A DNA stretch of 64,000 bases, taken from the NCBI GenBank assembly GCA_002269645.1, contig NIVC01001200.1, forward strand, positions 62,001 to 126,000, given 5' to 3'. The notes beneath the pieces are model-generated. The model ran no database searches. It worked only from the letters and a program-made list of their open reading frames with translations, and had not been told where the DNA came from. Position 1 is the stretch's first letter. The number at the start of each line of letters is the position of its first letter. Below are positions 37,425-50,100 of the stretch, piece after piece. Position numbers and translations under genes: made by a program. The stretch comes from Macrostomum lignano. Taxonomy: Eukaryota.

Positions 37425-38135
37425 CGAACCTAAAAACTAAAAATGAAACGAAGCGAACCTAAAAACCTAAAAAGGAATCTAAGCAAACCTAAAAACCTAA
37501 AAAAAAGTCCAAGCAAACCTAAAAACCTAAAAAGGAATCTAAGCAAACCTAAAAACCTAAAAAGGAATCTAAGCAAACCTAAAAACCTAAAAAGGAATCT
37601 AAGCAAACCTAAAAACCTAAAAATAAGTCCAAGCAAACCTAAAAACCTAAAAAGGAATCTAAGCAAACCTAAAAACCTAAAAAGGAATCTAAGCAAACCT
37701 AAAAACCTAAAAAGGAGTCCAAGCAAACCTAAAAACCTAAAAAAAGTCCAAGCAAACCTAAAAACCTAAAAAGGAATCTAAGCAAACCTAAAAACCTAAA
37801 AAGGAATCTAAGCAAAGCTAAAAACCTAAAAAGGAATCTAAGCAAACCTAAAAACCTAAAAATAAGTCCAAGCAAACCTAAAAACCTAAAAAGGAATCTA
37901 AGCAAACCTAAAAACCTAAAAAGGAATCTAAGCAAACCTAAAAACCAAAAAATGAGTCCAAGCAAACCTAAAAACCTAAAAAGGAATCTAAGCAAACCTA
38001 AAAACCTAAAAATGAGTCCAAGCAAACCTAAAAACCTAAAAAGGAATCTAAGCAAACCTAAAAACCAAAAACTGAGTCCAAGCAAACCTAAAAACCTAAA
38101 AAGGAATCTAAGCAAACCTAAAAACCTAAAAATGA
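37425..38135. repeat. 30 bp CCTAAAA-rich minisatellite
   Basis: About 23 copies of AACCTAAAAACCTAAAAAGGAATCTAAGCA. Confidence 0.95.
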
Positions 38136-38911
38136 ATCGAAAACCCTTGACGATGCGAAGTGAAATTTTCATGCTGCTCATAAACGGCGAGCCCAGCTTG
38201 TTCAGCATGAAGTCCCATTCAAGCCTGGGATTAAGAGTCCTGTGTCAGGCTGTGGGATTACACAGTCCTGCTTGAGCAGCTGAGCTCTTCCAGCTCCCGG
38301 CTCATCATCGCTGCTCGTAGCTCAGAAATTCGAAGAGAGGGCGAGAATGGCAGAGCCTGCGGGGAAGCTGGGGGGGCAGAGTCGCGATTACGCAACACCG
38401 CATCATCACCGAGAAGATGAGGCTGTGGGGAGCCTGGGGGCGATAGATAGATAGTAGATCATGTAGGTGTGCTAGCATTTCACACCTTGCTAAAAGCTAT
38501 GGGGTGTCCTATATGGCTATCGCTAAGGCCAAGCCTTTGTGGCAATGCAAAGCGAGAGTGGAGGAAGGGGTTGCAGAGGGAAGACGAAGCGCTATTTCCT
38601 GCCTCTATGACTCAGCGCCGGCTCAAACGTGTCTTCTGCTTTTTTGCCCGTGCATACGAGCTGCTTTGCTTGTTTTTACTTCTTCTTATAGTTTTCGACT
38701 CAGGAGCTTCTCGTATTGCCTCCCCGCTCCGCTCGTGAGCTGGGGTTGGGGGGGGGGGGGCAGCAGAGAAAAGCAACCCGATACGAGAGAGACGTTCGCA
38801 ACTTATGCAGTGAAAGCAGTTTAGGAAATAAAATAGCTGAAGCCACTGGGGTTGATGATGAGTCAAGTTATTGTTCCCGGTGCAGTATTCTGTTTTTGGC
38901 GTCAATATTCA

Positions 38912-39450
38912 AGTCTTAAGCGCCAAGATTTGAGTCTTAAGCGCCAAGATTTGAGTCTTAAGCGCCAAGATTTGAGTCTTAAGCGCCAAGATTTGAGTTT
39001 TAAGCGCCAAGATTCGAGTTTTAAGCGCCAAGATTTGAGTTTTAAGCGCCAAGATTCGAGTTTTAAGCGCCAAGATTCGAGTTTTAAGCGCCAAGATTCG
39101 AGTTTTAAGCGCCAAGATTCGAGTTTTAAGCGCCAAGATTCGAGTTTTAAGCGCCAAGATTCGAGTTTTAAGCGCCAAGATTCGAGTTTTAAGCGCCAAG
39201 ATTCGAGTTTTAAGCGCCAAGATTCGAGTTTTAAGCGCCAAGATTCGAGTTTTAAGCGCCAAGATTCGAGTTTTAAGCGCCAAGATTCGAGTTTTAAGCG
39301 CCAAGATTCGAGTTTTAAGCGCCAAGATTCGAGTTTTAAGCGCCAAGATTCGAGTTTTAAGCGCCAAGATTCGAGTTTTAAGCGCCAAGATTCGAGTTTT
39401 AAGCGCCAAGACTCGAGTTTTAAGCGCCAAGATTTATGTTTAAGCGCAAG
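38912..39450. repeat. 21 bp minisatellite (TTAAGCGCCAAGATTCGAGTT)
   Basis: About 25 copies. Confidence 0.95.
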
Positions 39451-39847
39451 ATTCTAATTCTGAGCTCAATAAATCACGGACCAATGCGGTTCTGAGCGCC
39501 GCACAGTCAAACGCCAGACAAGCTTTTTGCAATCTTTCTGTAGATTTTTACACATCCGGCATGACATTTTATGCCGGGGCCGGGGGACCCCCTGACCTCC
39601 ATGAGGTCTCCACTTGGAGACTAAACCTATGCATGCTCATGAATATAAAACAACTAATAAAAAACCATGGGCTCCAAACCAGTACAAAGACCAGTGAAAT
39701 AACAAAGAGGTATCAAATTCTCCTGTTTACTGTCACCAATTTTGGATGGAATTTTTCTGCACTTTTTAGAGGTGATCAAATAAATCATTGTTTATGACAG
39801 CTGATCGGCGACCAGGTGGGTGAGCGGCCGAGTTTGCAAGCCACTCA

Positions 39848-40990
39848 CTGTTGTGGCACTGTTGTGGCACTGTTGTGGCACTGTTGTGGCACTTTTGTGG
39901 CACTGCTGAAGCACTGTTGTGGCACTGTTGTGGCACTGTTGTGACACTTTTGTGGCACTGTTGTGGCACTTTTGTGGCACTGCTGAAGCACTGTTGTGGC
40001 ACCTTTGTGGCACTGTTGTGGCACTGCTGAAGCACTGTTGTGGCACTGTTGTGGCACTTTTGTGGCACTGCTGAAGCACTGTTGTGGCACTGTTGTGGCA
40101 CTGTTGTGGCACTGCTGAAGCACTGTTGTGGCACTTTTGTGGCACTGCTGAAGCACTGTTGTGGCACTGTTGTGGCACTGTTGTGGCACTGTTGTGGCAC
40201 TGTTGTGGCACTGTTGTGGCACTGTTGAAGCACTGCTGTGGCACTGTTGTGGCACTGTTGTGGCACTGTTGTGGCACTGTTGTGGCACTGTTGTGGCACT
40301 ATTGTGGCACTTTTGTGGCACTGCTGAAGCACTGTTGTGGCACTGTTGTGGCACTGTTGTGACACTTTTGTGGCACTGTTGTGGCACTTTTGTGGCACTG
40401 CTGAAGCACTGTTGTGGCACCTTTGTGGCACTGTTGTGGCACTGCTGAAGCACTGTTGTGGCACTGTTGTGGCACTTTTGTGGCACTGCTGAAGCACTGT
40501 TGTGGCACTGTTGTGGCACTGTTGTGGCACTGCTGAAGCACTGTTGTGGCACTTTTGTGGCACTGCTGAAGCACTGTTGTGGCACTGTTGTAGCACTGTT
40601 GTGGCACTTTTGTGGCACTGTTGTGGCACTGTTGTGGCACTGTTGTGGCACTGTTGTGGCACTTTTGTGGCACTGTTGTGACTGCTGTGACACTGTTGTG
40701 ACTGCTGTGACACAGTTGAGACTTCTGTGACACTGTTGTGGCACTGCTGAAGCACTGTTGTGGCACTTTTGTGGCACTGTTGTGACTGCTGTGACACTGT
40801 TGTGACTGCTGTGACACTGTTGAGACTTCTGTGACACTGTTGTGACTGCTGTGACACTGTTGAGACTTCTGTGACACTGTTGTGACTGCTGTGACACTGT
40901 TGTGACTGCTGTGACACTGTTGTGACTGCTGTGACACTGTTGTGACTGCTGTGACACTGTTGTGACTGCTGTGACACTGTTGTGACTGCT
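39848..40990. repeat. 11 bp minisatellite (TGTGGCACTGT and variants)
   Basis: About 100 units with variant blocks. Confidence 0.95.
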
Positions 40991-41597
40991 GCAATTCTTG
41001 TTGCACTGCTGTAGAACTAAATCAGTCACAGTGTACTGAAACGGTTGGATATCATGTAAATTAGGATTTGCAACTCACTATATAGGCTCAGCTGAGAGTC
41101 TATAACTCGGTGCCTCATCCTCTGCAGATGCGTGACTTTCACAACAGCGAGAGAGCTCGCTCGACCCGGCCCCCTCTCTTCCCAATCACAAAAGACGGCA
41201 AGGCGGACTGTTTGGAAAGCAACACGGTTTGCAAACACAGCCCAGCCCGGTCCGGACCCAGTTGGGGCAACAGATGCAACTTTTTTAGTCCGACACCCCC
41301 GTGCGCAGCGCTGAGTCGCCAGGATTGTCACGCGCAGAATTTGAATCTGAGCACGTCTTTGAGCTCAGGCAGCTGCGCAGTTCGAGTAACAAAAACTGGC
41401 CCTTGTGGCCTGTTTGATCTCGCAAAAAATTGTGCTCACGATCTCAGCTCTCTCGACTGCGAGTAAAAAGCTGCAGGCGGTGAGGACATTTGGAACAGGC
41501 GGGTTCTTACTTGCTTTGGCCCACCCTCTTGGCTGACTTTTGCGGACCTGATCTGCTTTTGTTCTGCTGCTTCTGCTTTGGCTTCTTCTCCTCTCCT

Positions 41598-42096
41598 GCG
41601 TCACACCCTCCTCCCTCCTGCGTCACACCCTCCTCCCTCCTGCGTCACACCCTCCTCCCTCCTGCGTCACACCCTCCTCCCTCCTGCGTCACACCCTCCT
41701 CCCTCCTGCGTCACACCCTCCTCCCTCCTGCGTCACACCCTCCTCCCACCTGCATCACACCCTCCTCCCTCCTGCGTCACACCCTCCTCCCTCCTGCATC
41801 ACACCCTCCTCCCTCCTGCGTCACACCCTCCTCCCTCCTGCGTCACACCCTCCTCCCTCCTGCGTCACACCCTCCTCCCACCTGCATCACACCCTCCTCC
41901 CTCCTGCGTCACACCCTCCTCCCACCTGCATCACACCCTCCTCCCTCCTGCATCACACCCTCCTCCCTCCTGCATCACACCCTCCTCCCTCCTGCGTCAC
42001 ACCCTCCTCCCTCCTGCGTCACACCCTCCTCCCTCCTGCGTCACACCCTCCTCCACTCCTGTATCACACCCTCTGTTATCTATATTTCTTGTCTGT

Positions 42097-42151
<55 letters not shown>

Positions 42152-42365
42152 CTTGCCTGCCTGCCTGTCTGTCTGTCTGTCTGTCTGGCTGTCTGTCTGT
42201 CTGTCTGTCTGTCTGCCTGTCTGTCTGTCTGTCTGTGTGTCTGTCTGGCTGTCTGGCTGGCTGTCTGTCTGTCTGTCTGTGTGTCTGTCTGTCTGGCTGT
42301 CTGTCTGGCTGGCTGTCTGTCTGTCTGTCTGGCTGTCTGTCTGTCTGTCTGGCTGTCTATCTGGC

Positions 42366-42414
<49 letters not shown>

Positions 42415-42661
42415 GCCTGTCTGTCTGTCTGTCTGTGTGTCTGTCTGGCTGTCTGGCTGGCTGTCTGTCTGTCTGTCTGGCTGTCTGTCTGTCTGTGTGT
42501 CTGTCTGGCTGTCTGGCTGGCTGTCTGTCTGTCTGTCTGTCTGGCTGTCTGTCTGTCTGTGTGTCTGTCTGGCTGACTGTCTGTCTGTCTGTCTGTCTGG
42601 CTGTCTGTCTGTCTGTGTGTCTGTCTGGCTGTCTGGCTGGCTGTCTGTCTGTCTGTCTGTG

Positions 42662-42704
<43 letters not shown>

Positions 42705-42705
42705 G

Positions 42706-42752
<47 letters not shown>

Positions 42753-42772
42753 GTGTCTGTGTGTCTGTCTGG

Positions 42773-42820
<48 letters not shown>

Positions 42821-42850
42821 GTGTCTGTCTGTCTGTCTGTCTGTCTGTCT
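41598..42850. repeat. 22 bp minisatellite (41598-42070) followed by (TGCC)n/(TGTC)n microsatellite (42088-42850)
   Basis: Seen directly. Confidence 0.95.
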
Positions 42851-43503
42851 CCCTGGGCAGAGAAGAAGAGTTTCCACTTTCATAATCGCTCAGTCACGCC
42901 TCTTTTGTCAGTTTGGCTTCCCCTGCGCAGCTGCTCCCCTAGAGACAAAAAATAAAAGTATATCAAATTCACCGCCCAAGCAAGGTATTTGGCATTTCCC
43001 CAGCCCCGGCGACTCTCTGCTAAAGTTCTGTCTGTGTGCCGTGTCTGGCCCAGCCAATCGCAGCGGTCCTGGCTTCTCCCATGGCAGCCCCTTTCAATAT
43101 CAGAGCCCAGCCAACCAGATGTGAGGCATGTGTTGTCTGGGCAATGCGATATGGAGGTGGGTGCCTGGCCAATGCCTTGGCTATTATAACACCCCACAGC
43201 CCCCTGGCTTCACATGCACAGCTCCAGGCCATGCCCGACGCGTCTTCGCTCTGTCTCGCTCTGCTTTTAATAGGAAGCCAGCAAAAAGAAGTGAGAAAGC
43301 AGACAGAGAGTGAAAGTGAGAGCTGAAAGACAATAAAAGCAGTTCGTATTGCTGCTGAATTTCCGGCCCGGGCCTCAGCGCACGGCAGAGACAATTGCCA
43401 ACCCGCCAATGCAGCAACCTGCAGACAACACAAATAATAATCATAATTCCCAACTCTGCTTTGCTTGAGTTTCTTCAACAGAGAGCCAGCTCAGCAAGGC
43501 GCC

Positions 43504-43895
43504 ATGCAGAAGCGAATCTTTGGAGTCTGGCTGACTCTGCAGCTGTTGCTGGCGCTCGGCTCCGGAATTCGGGGTGAGTGACCGCCCACGCATGCCTTCA
43601 GTAAACAGTGGCCTGCAGTCATAAAGATATTGAAGCTTTCGGTTCCGCATTTTTAACTTTGTGTTCACTGCCAGTGAGCAGTGAAATCACCATGCAGTCT
43701 TTTCCTGCCTTCACCCGGGATCGTAAAAGCCTTGAGGGTTTCAACTTTTTGTGGGAGGCATTGAAGAGCTCTGAGTGCAGTCAAGGCCCGGCAACAGAGC
43801 GATTGAGCCAGACTGACCCCGCATGCTTGCCAGCAGCTCAACATGTCTGCCTGTCTGTCTGTCTGTCTGGCTGTCTGTCTGTCTGTCTGCCTGCC

Positions 43896-43980
<85 letters not shown>

Positions 43981-44035
43981 TTCTGTCTGTCTGTCTGCCT
44001 GTCTGTCTGTCTGTCTTAGTGTCTGTCTATCTGCC

Positions 44036-44094
<59 letters not shown>

Positions 44095-44126
44095 TTTAGT
44101 GTCTGTCTGTCTGTCTGTCTGCTGCC

Positions 44127-44182
<56 letters not shown>

Positions 44183-47100
44183 AGTCTGTCTGTCTGCCTG
44201 TCTGTCTGTCTGTCTGTCTGTCCGTCAGTGTTTCGCCGGAAACTGTCCGCTGCTGACATCCGGCAGGGGTTTCATTTTCGAAAAGCGCCATCTGCTATCG
44301 GATTTCCAATGCGCAGCGGTGACTCCAGTTTTCGAGTTGTTTAATCCGAGCCTCAATCGCCCCAAATTTCGCATCGCAATGAACTGCTGCGCAATTCGAG
44401 TTCCGGCCTGTTAAGCCCGCGTGGCTTGCGCTGCCCGCCCCCCGGGCGTGAATAAATATTTTTTGCATATTTTATATCGCGGCCTGTCCTGGTGCAGTGA
44501 GAGCCTCGGCTATGACAGACATATCTCTGAAATCCATCGCTCCATTGTAACAGCCTGTGGCCAGCTCTGGGTGGCCGGTAGGTTCTCATCTATTCGCTTT
44601 ACAAGCTTTGCAAACCCTGCAGGGCCCTGGAGAGTCTGTAAGATCACCCCCAATGGGCGGTTTGACAGCGCATGCAACTCGACTTTTCTGCTTCAAGCGA
44701 ACAGTGGCGGCAGGATGTGCTTTCCTGACTACCGACTGTCTGCTTTTGCAGAAACTTTTATGACACTTGATGCTACATTGATTAGCATGCTGCAGCTCAA
44801 CTGCTAGTGGTCAACTTTCCAGTTGGTGCCGCACTGCCGCCCTGTGATGCGACTTTCACAGCTAACCCCTTTTTCCTGTCTTACGGAAACCCTTGCCCAC
44901 CCCTGTCCTAGTCTATGGCCTTCCCTTGCCCACCCCTGTCTCAGTCTATGGCCTTCCCTTGCCCACCCCTGTCCCAGTCTATGGCCTTCCCTTGCCCACC
45001 CCTGTCCCAGTCTATGGCCTCCCTTGCCCACCCCTGTCTCAGTCTATGGCTTCCCTTGCCCACCCCTGTCCCAGTCTATGGCTCCCCCAGAGCAGGTGCA
45101 AAACTAAAGAACAGGTAACTTCTGGCTTCAAACAGATCCCACGCAAGGTTGACCCAGATCCCTGCTACTTCTTATTGTAAGGTAGGTGGCAGTCATGGGA
45201 GAAGTATGGCAAAGTGAGGGGAGGGGCAAAGAGGATCCGGGATCCCTTTCACGCACGCACACGTGTGGCTGGCTATAATAGAAATATACCTCCTTTATCC
45301 CCAATCCGAATAGCCCCAGAAACTGCATCGTCAATCTTCCCCACTCGCCATTCACTCCCCTACGGGCCACACTGGGGATCAATGCTTTTATCTGTGGCCA
45401 TTTTTAGATATGGAGAAAGAAAAAGTGTACGCCGAACATGGGAGCGGATTAATCCAGCATCTTTGATTGACTTCTGGCGGGCAGGTGAGAGTTAAATGAG
45501 ACGCAGGCCTCACAGCATCTGAAAGGCTTCGCTTCGTGCCGAAAGTCGAAAGCATTTTAGTAGGCAAAAGAGGGTTCGCCAAGCACAGGCTGCCTGCTGA
45601 GGCTGAACTTTTCATGTCCCCGGTGCCTTTCTTTGATGTCGGGTCCGTGCCTTCCAGCTTCCCTCCTTCGTCTCCAGCTTCCCTTCCTTCATCTTCCAGC
45701 TTCCCTCCCTTTATCTTCCAGCTTCCCTCCCTTTATCTTCCAGCTTCCCTCCCTTCATCTTCCAGCTTCCCTCCCTTCATCTTCCAGCTTCCCTCCCTTT
45801 ATCTTCCAGCTTCCCTCCCTTCATCTTTCAGCTTCCCTCCCTTTATCTTCCAGCTTCCCTCCCTTCATCTTACAGCTTCCCTCTCTTCATCTTCCAGCTT
45901 CCCTCCTTTCATCTTCCAGCTTCCCTCTCCATCTTCCAGCTTCCCTCCCTTCATCTTCCAGCTTCCCTCCCTTTATCTTCCAGCTTCCCTCCCTTCATCT
46001 TCCAGCTTCCCTCCCTTTATCTTCCAGCTTCCCTCCCTTCATCTTTCAGCTTCCTTCTCTTCATCTTTCAGCTTCCCTCAGTTCATCTTCCAGCTTCCCT
46101 CCCTTGTCCCAACTTGAACCCTTCGTCCTAAAAAATTCGTATCTTCTCCCATAATCCCCCCTTTATCCCCAGAACTTTCTCGAATTTAAGCTCGAATTTC
46201 TCTTGAGCCAAAGCAGCGGCAAATATCGCCTCTCTGCCTCTAGTAGCAGAAAATTTTCCCCTGTGTTGTCGCCGGCGACACGGCGGCACCTGCGACGGAT
46301 TAGTTGGTGCTGGGAGGGGGGATTTCGTCGGTCTCCGCCGCTTCCCACACGCAGCAGCTCCAAGCGGCTTTTGTGTCCCCAGCAGCAGCAGCAGCAGCAG
46401 CCCCCCGTCCATTTCCGCCGCAGCAGCAGCGGTGGCGGCCACAGCGCACTGGATTAACTCCTAAGACCAAAGCATTTCTGTTGCCCCGCAAATCTGCTTG
46501 CGGCTGAGCTGCAGAAGAAGGAAGAGGGGAGAATTTATTGGGCAACTCTATACCATGCAGGCCTCGGCTAATCTGCCGCACTTGTTCCGGTGGTGGCCCC
46601 GGCAACTTTTTGCTTGTGCACTGAAGCTGCTCCCAGTGAGTTCTGCTGCGAGGCCTTCACGGATCCTCACGCAGGCCCGAGCGGGTCTCCGCCCCGCAAA
46701 TCCTAATTGCTGTGCTCACCTGAGCCCCAGACCCCAGATTTCCCTTGGTGGCCCGGCTGTCGCCGCGGGTCACGACAGCTTTGTCACAGCAGGCTCAGCA
46801 AACACACCGACCGCTTTCTCCGACTCTCACCGACTCGCAGGTGATTGACAGGCGGGCATTCGCATGGGGCCGCGACTGCACCTTCTGCATCTGGCTGGGG
46901 GAGTCTGGCCCTTCAATGGAATCTCCTGATCATCTCCATGCATCTCAGCAGCAGCATAAGCCAGCCTCAAGTGGATTTTCCTTGCCATTTCCCAAATATT
47001 TACTTTATGGGGCTCCGTGGTCCTCCGATCCCTATCATGGCGGATCATTGTTCAGCCCCTGCCCTCCTGCACATGTCGAATCAGCATTGAAGAGATAGAA

Positions 47101-50100
47101 GCACTTAATAATCTAAACAGGAATTTCCAACTGGCCTGTCGTGATGGCCGCGGACACGGCTGGCCCATCGCACACAGAGAAGCACAAAGCAGGCGGTTTC
47201 GCAAACGGAAAGCAGAGACTGTTGAAACCCGATCCGATGTTCTGCTTCCCTCAATTAGGGGGCTTTGAAGTCGATTGACTGGGCATTCATTATGCAGTTC
47301 GGATAGTTCACAAGTGCCTGGAATGACAGGAAAATAATGAATTTAAGTGTAGTTGATTGCTCTGAACCGAACTTTACCTGTGAATTGTAAAATCAGGTAA
47401 ACACAACAGCTACGGTGTCAGTCTGCCAAGTCTATAATTTACTGGACAGCATGCGAGTAAACATGCAGGAGGGGTCTTGAGAATTTTATTGCTTTATAAA
47501 TGAACTGCCTCAGCTGATACAGACAGCTTTGACTGACGCGCCACCCACACTGGTAAGGAGACGCGTATAGAAGGTGGCGCTTTCAAATGCAGTTTGGACA
47601 CTGTGAGTTGCTGTTTGCACAGCAGTTCATATCGATCGAAAGTGAGCTTCCCCAGCCAGAGACTGCCTGATTGGCAGTCTGCAATCTGCTGCGCTCCAGG
47701 CGTTGAAAATGCTTCAACTTTCGCACCCTAGCAAAGTTCCCAAACCGTGGACCATTGTCTCGGGGAGCACCCCCCAACCACTGCATTCAGTGAAGAAAAA
47801 TATGAAAAACACATTTGAGATTTGAAATCCGCCTCAATGCCAAATTCTTAGCCAAACCTGGGCTCTGCGGCATGAGTCATTGAGTGACAATTGAGAACAT
47901 TCTGGCCTGTTTGCTCAGCAGCAGATAAAAGCAAATCGGTTTTTAAAAAACGAAAACCCAGCCAAAGCAGGAAGGATGAGAAATGACTCAGTCTTGTCTC
48001 TGTGCTCAGCTTGAGCTTGGCCTGTGTTTTTAATCTAGTCGGAGATTCTGCTCCAGCTGAGTCAAATTTCAACGCCCGCTAATGAAATCGGTTACCTGAT
48101 GTCTCACACGTGAAAAAGGCTGGCATAGGGATGGCCTGAACACAGAGCCCTGAGCCCTGCCTCACAGAATTATCACTGGACAGGTCAAGAGACAACTGAC
48201 AGGTGACGAGAGACGTCCGCAGTGACTCAGCCGAGCCAAATATTCCCCAGCTAGCGGTTGAGCTGAAAAGTGCCTCTCTTCAAAAAATATTGCAGGATCT
48301 CATATCCCCCAGCTGCCGCAGCTCAGCCTCATCAACCATTGTTGTTGCTGAGAAGGGCCATTGTGATGCCTCCCAACTCCTCTCTCCCCTGTTCCTGCCT
48401 TGATCCCTAATATCCCCCAGCACAGGCTGGGGAGAACTGTGCTCAGCCAGATCCCAGGGGAGGAGCGGAGCCGCGGGAGCAGCTGGAGCGGCAGCGGGCG
48501 GGGAGTCGCAGGCGGCTATTATCGCTAATTATTCCCGTGCAGAGCTGCGAGGGTTGGGCGCGGGTTGATGAGGAGCAGAGAGAGGCTGAGCAGCTGAATG
48601 AGCAGCTGCAGCGAGGGCCTGGGCGAGGCTCACCGTCCGTTTGAAGGCAGCCCCCCAGCCCCTGTTGTTCACTTCTCCCGTGTTCTGAGCTCCTGGCCAG
48701 CCTCAGCCAGCCTCTTTGGGAAATCCTTGGGGAGTCTGCGACAAACCCGGGCGAGCAATTACACAATTTTTTTCAATTGCTGTGCAGCAGACGCAGAAAT
48801 GACAGCAAAATTTTCATTGGCCCGATGCCAGAAACTCAGGCCATGCTGTGCCTGTGGGCTGGAGGAATTCCTTGAGCAGCTCAGAGCCCCATTTGGCCTC
48901 ATCAGCGGCTCGCGGGCCCCCCAGCTTTGCTGAAGGGCTCTTCAGGGGTGCCGGCTGAGGGCCGCTCTTAACTGCTGCCCCAGCCTGCCTCATTAATTAT
49001 TAATGAGCCGCCTTGCGGGATAGCGCCACCCCCAAAGCCGTCCTGGCATCTCACTGCAGCATCTGAGCCTCATCACTTCGTTCCCTTCTCTTTCTCCCCT
49101 TTGTTGAGGCCAAATTCTTGCAAACTCTCTACTCTAACTCAGCTCTACTATGCCCCAGCCTCTCCGCTCCATCACAGACTCAAACAGAGATCCCAGCCCT
49201 CCAGGCGGGAAGTCCCTCCCACATGGGTGGAGCTGCGGTGACACGGAGCAGCCTCCAAGTCCCAATAGTTTTCCTGCATCATCAAATTCTTTTTGTAAGC
49301 CCCCCTCCGCAAAACCCGCCCGTCTGCAGCATTCTTTCCTGACGGAGTTTCTCCACGTCGCCGACCCCCCCCCCCCGGAGTGTGAAATTCACCGAATTCC
49401 CTGGAATTCTCGGCTCCCCGCGGTGCGCCGCCCTTCTGTTTCAAATGCCAAGCATGACCGTCGCCACACCGCCTCTGCATCTGCTGCGCCCAGCCCGCGC
49501 TGCCCACCAGCTTCCAGGCAGCCGCGGCTCTTTCTGAGGATTTTTCTCATCCTTCTTTCTTTGAGCAGCCCTTGTGCCGCAAATTGCTTGGGGACTTCGG
49601 CTGCCCGCTGGGGGGGGGCGCCTGCCACGGAATGGCAGCGAAAAAAGAGAGGGGAGGGGAAGATTCTCCCCATTTTTAAATCCTCACTTTTTCTAATGCC
49701 AAACGAGTACTTTTTTAAGAGCAGCTTCTTTTTTGTTTGCAAAGCCGCCCGTTTGAGCCGCAGCTGCGGAGTTTTGGGCCTCATCGAGAACTCAAATTGA
49801 TCCGATTGATTCCCCTTGCACGTCTATTCCCTAACTAATACGAGCTATCTTACTTCCATCTAGTATATCTCCCATCTCCCTCTGCTCCCATCTCCCCTCT
49901 ACTCCCATCTCCCTCTGCTCTGCTCCCATCTCCCCTCTACTCCCATCTCCCCTCTGCTCCCATCTCCCCTCTGCTCCCATCTCCCCTCTGCTCCCATCTC
50001 CCCTCTACTCCCATCTCCCCTCTGCTCTGCTCCCATCTCCCCTCTACTCCCATCTCCCCTCTGCTCCCATCTCCCCTCTGCTCCCATCTCCCCTCTGCTC

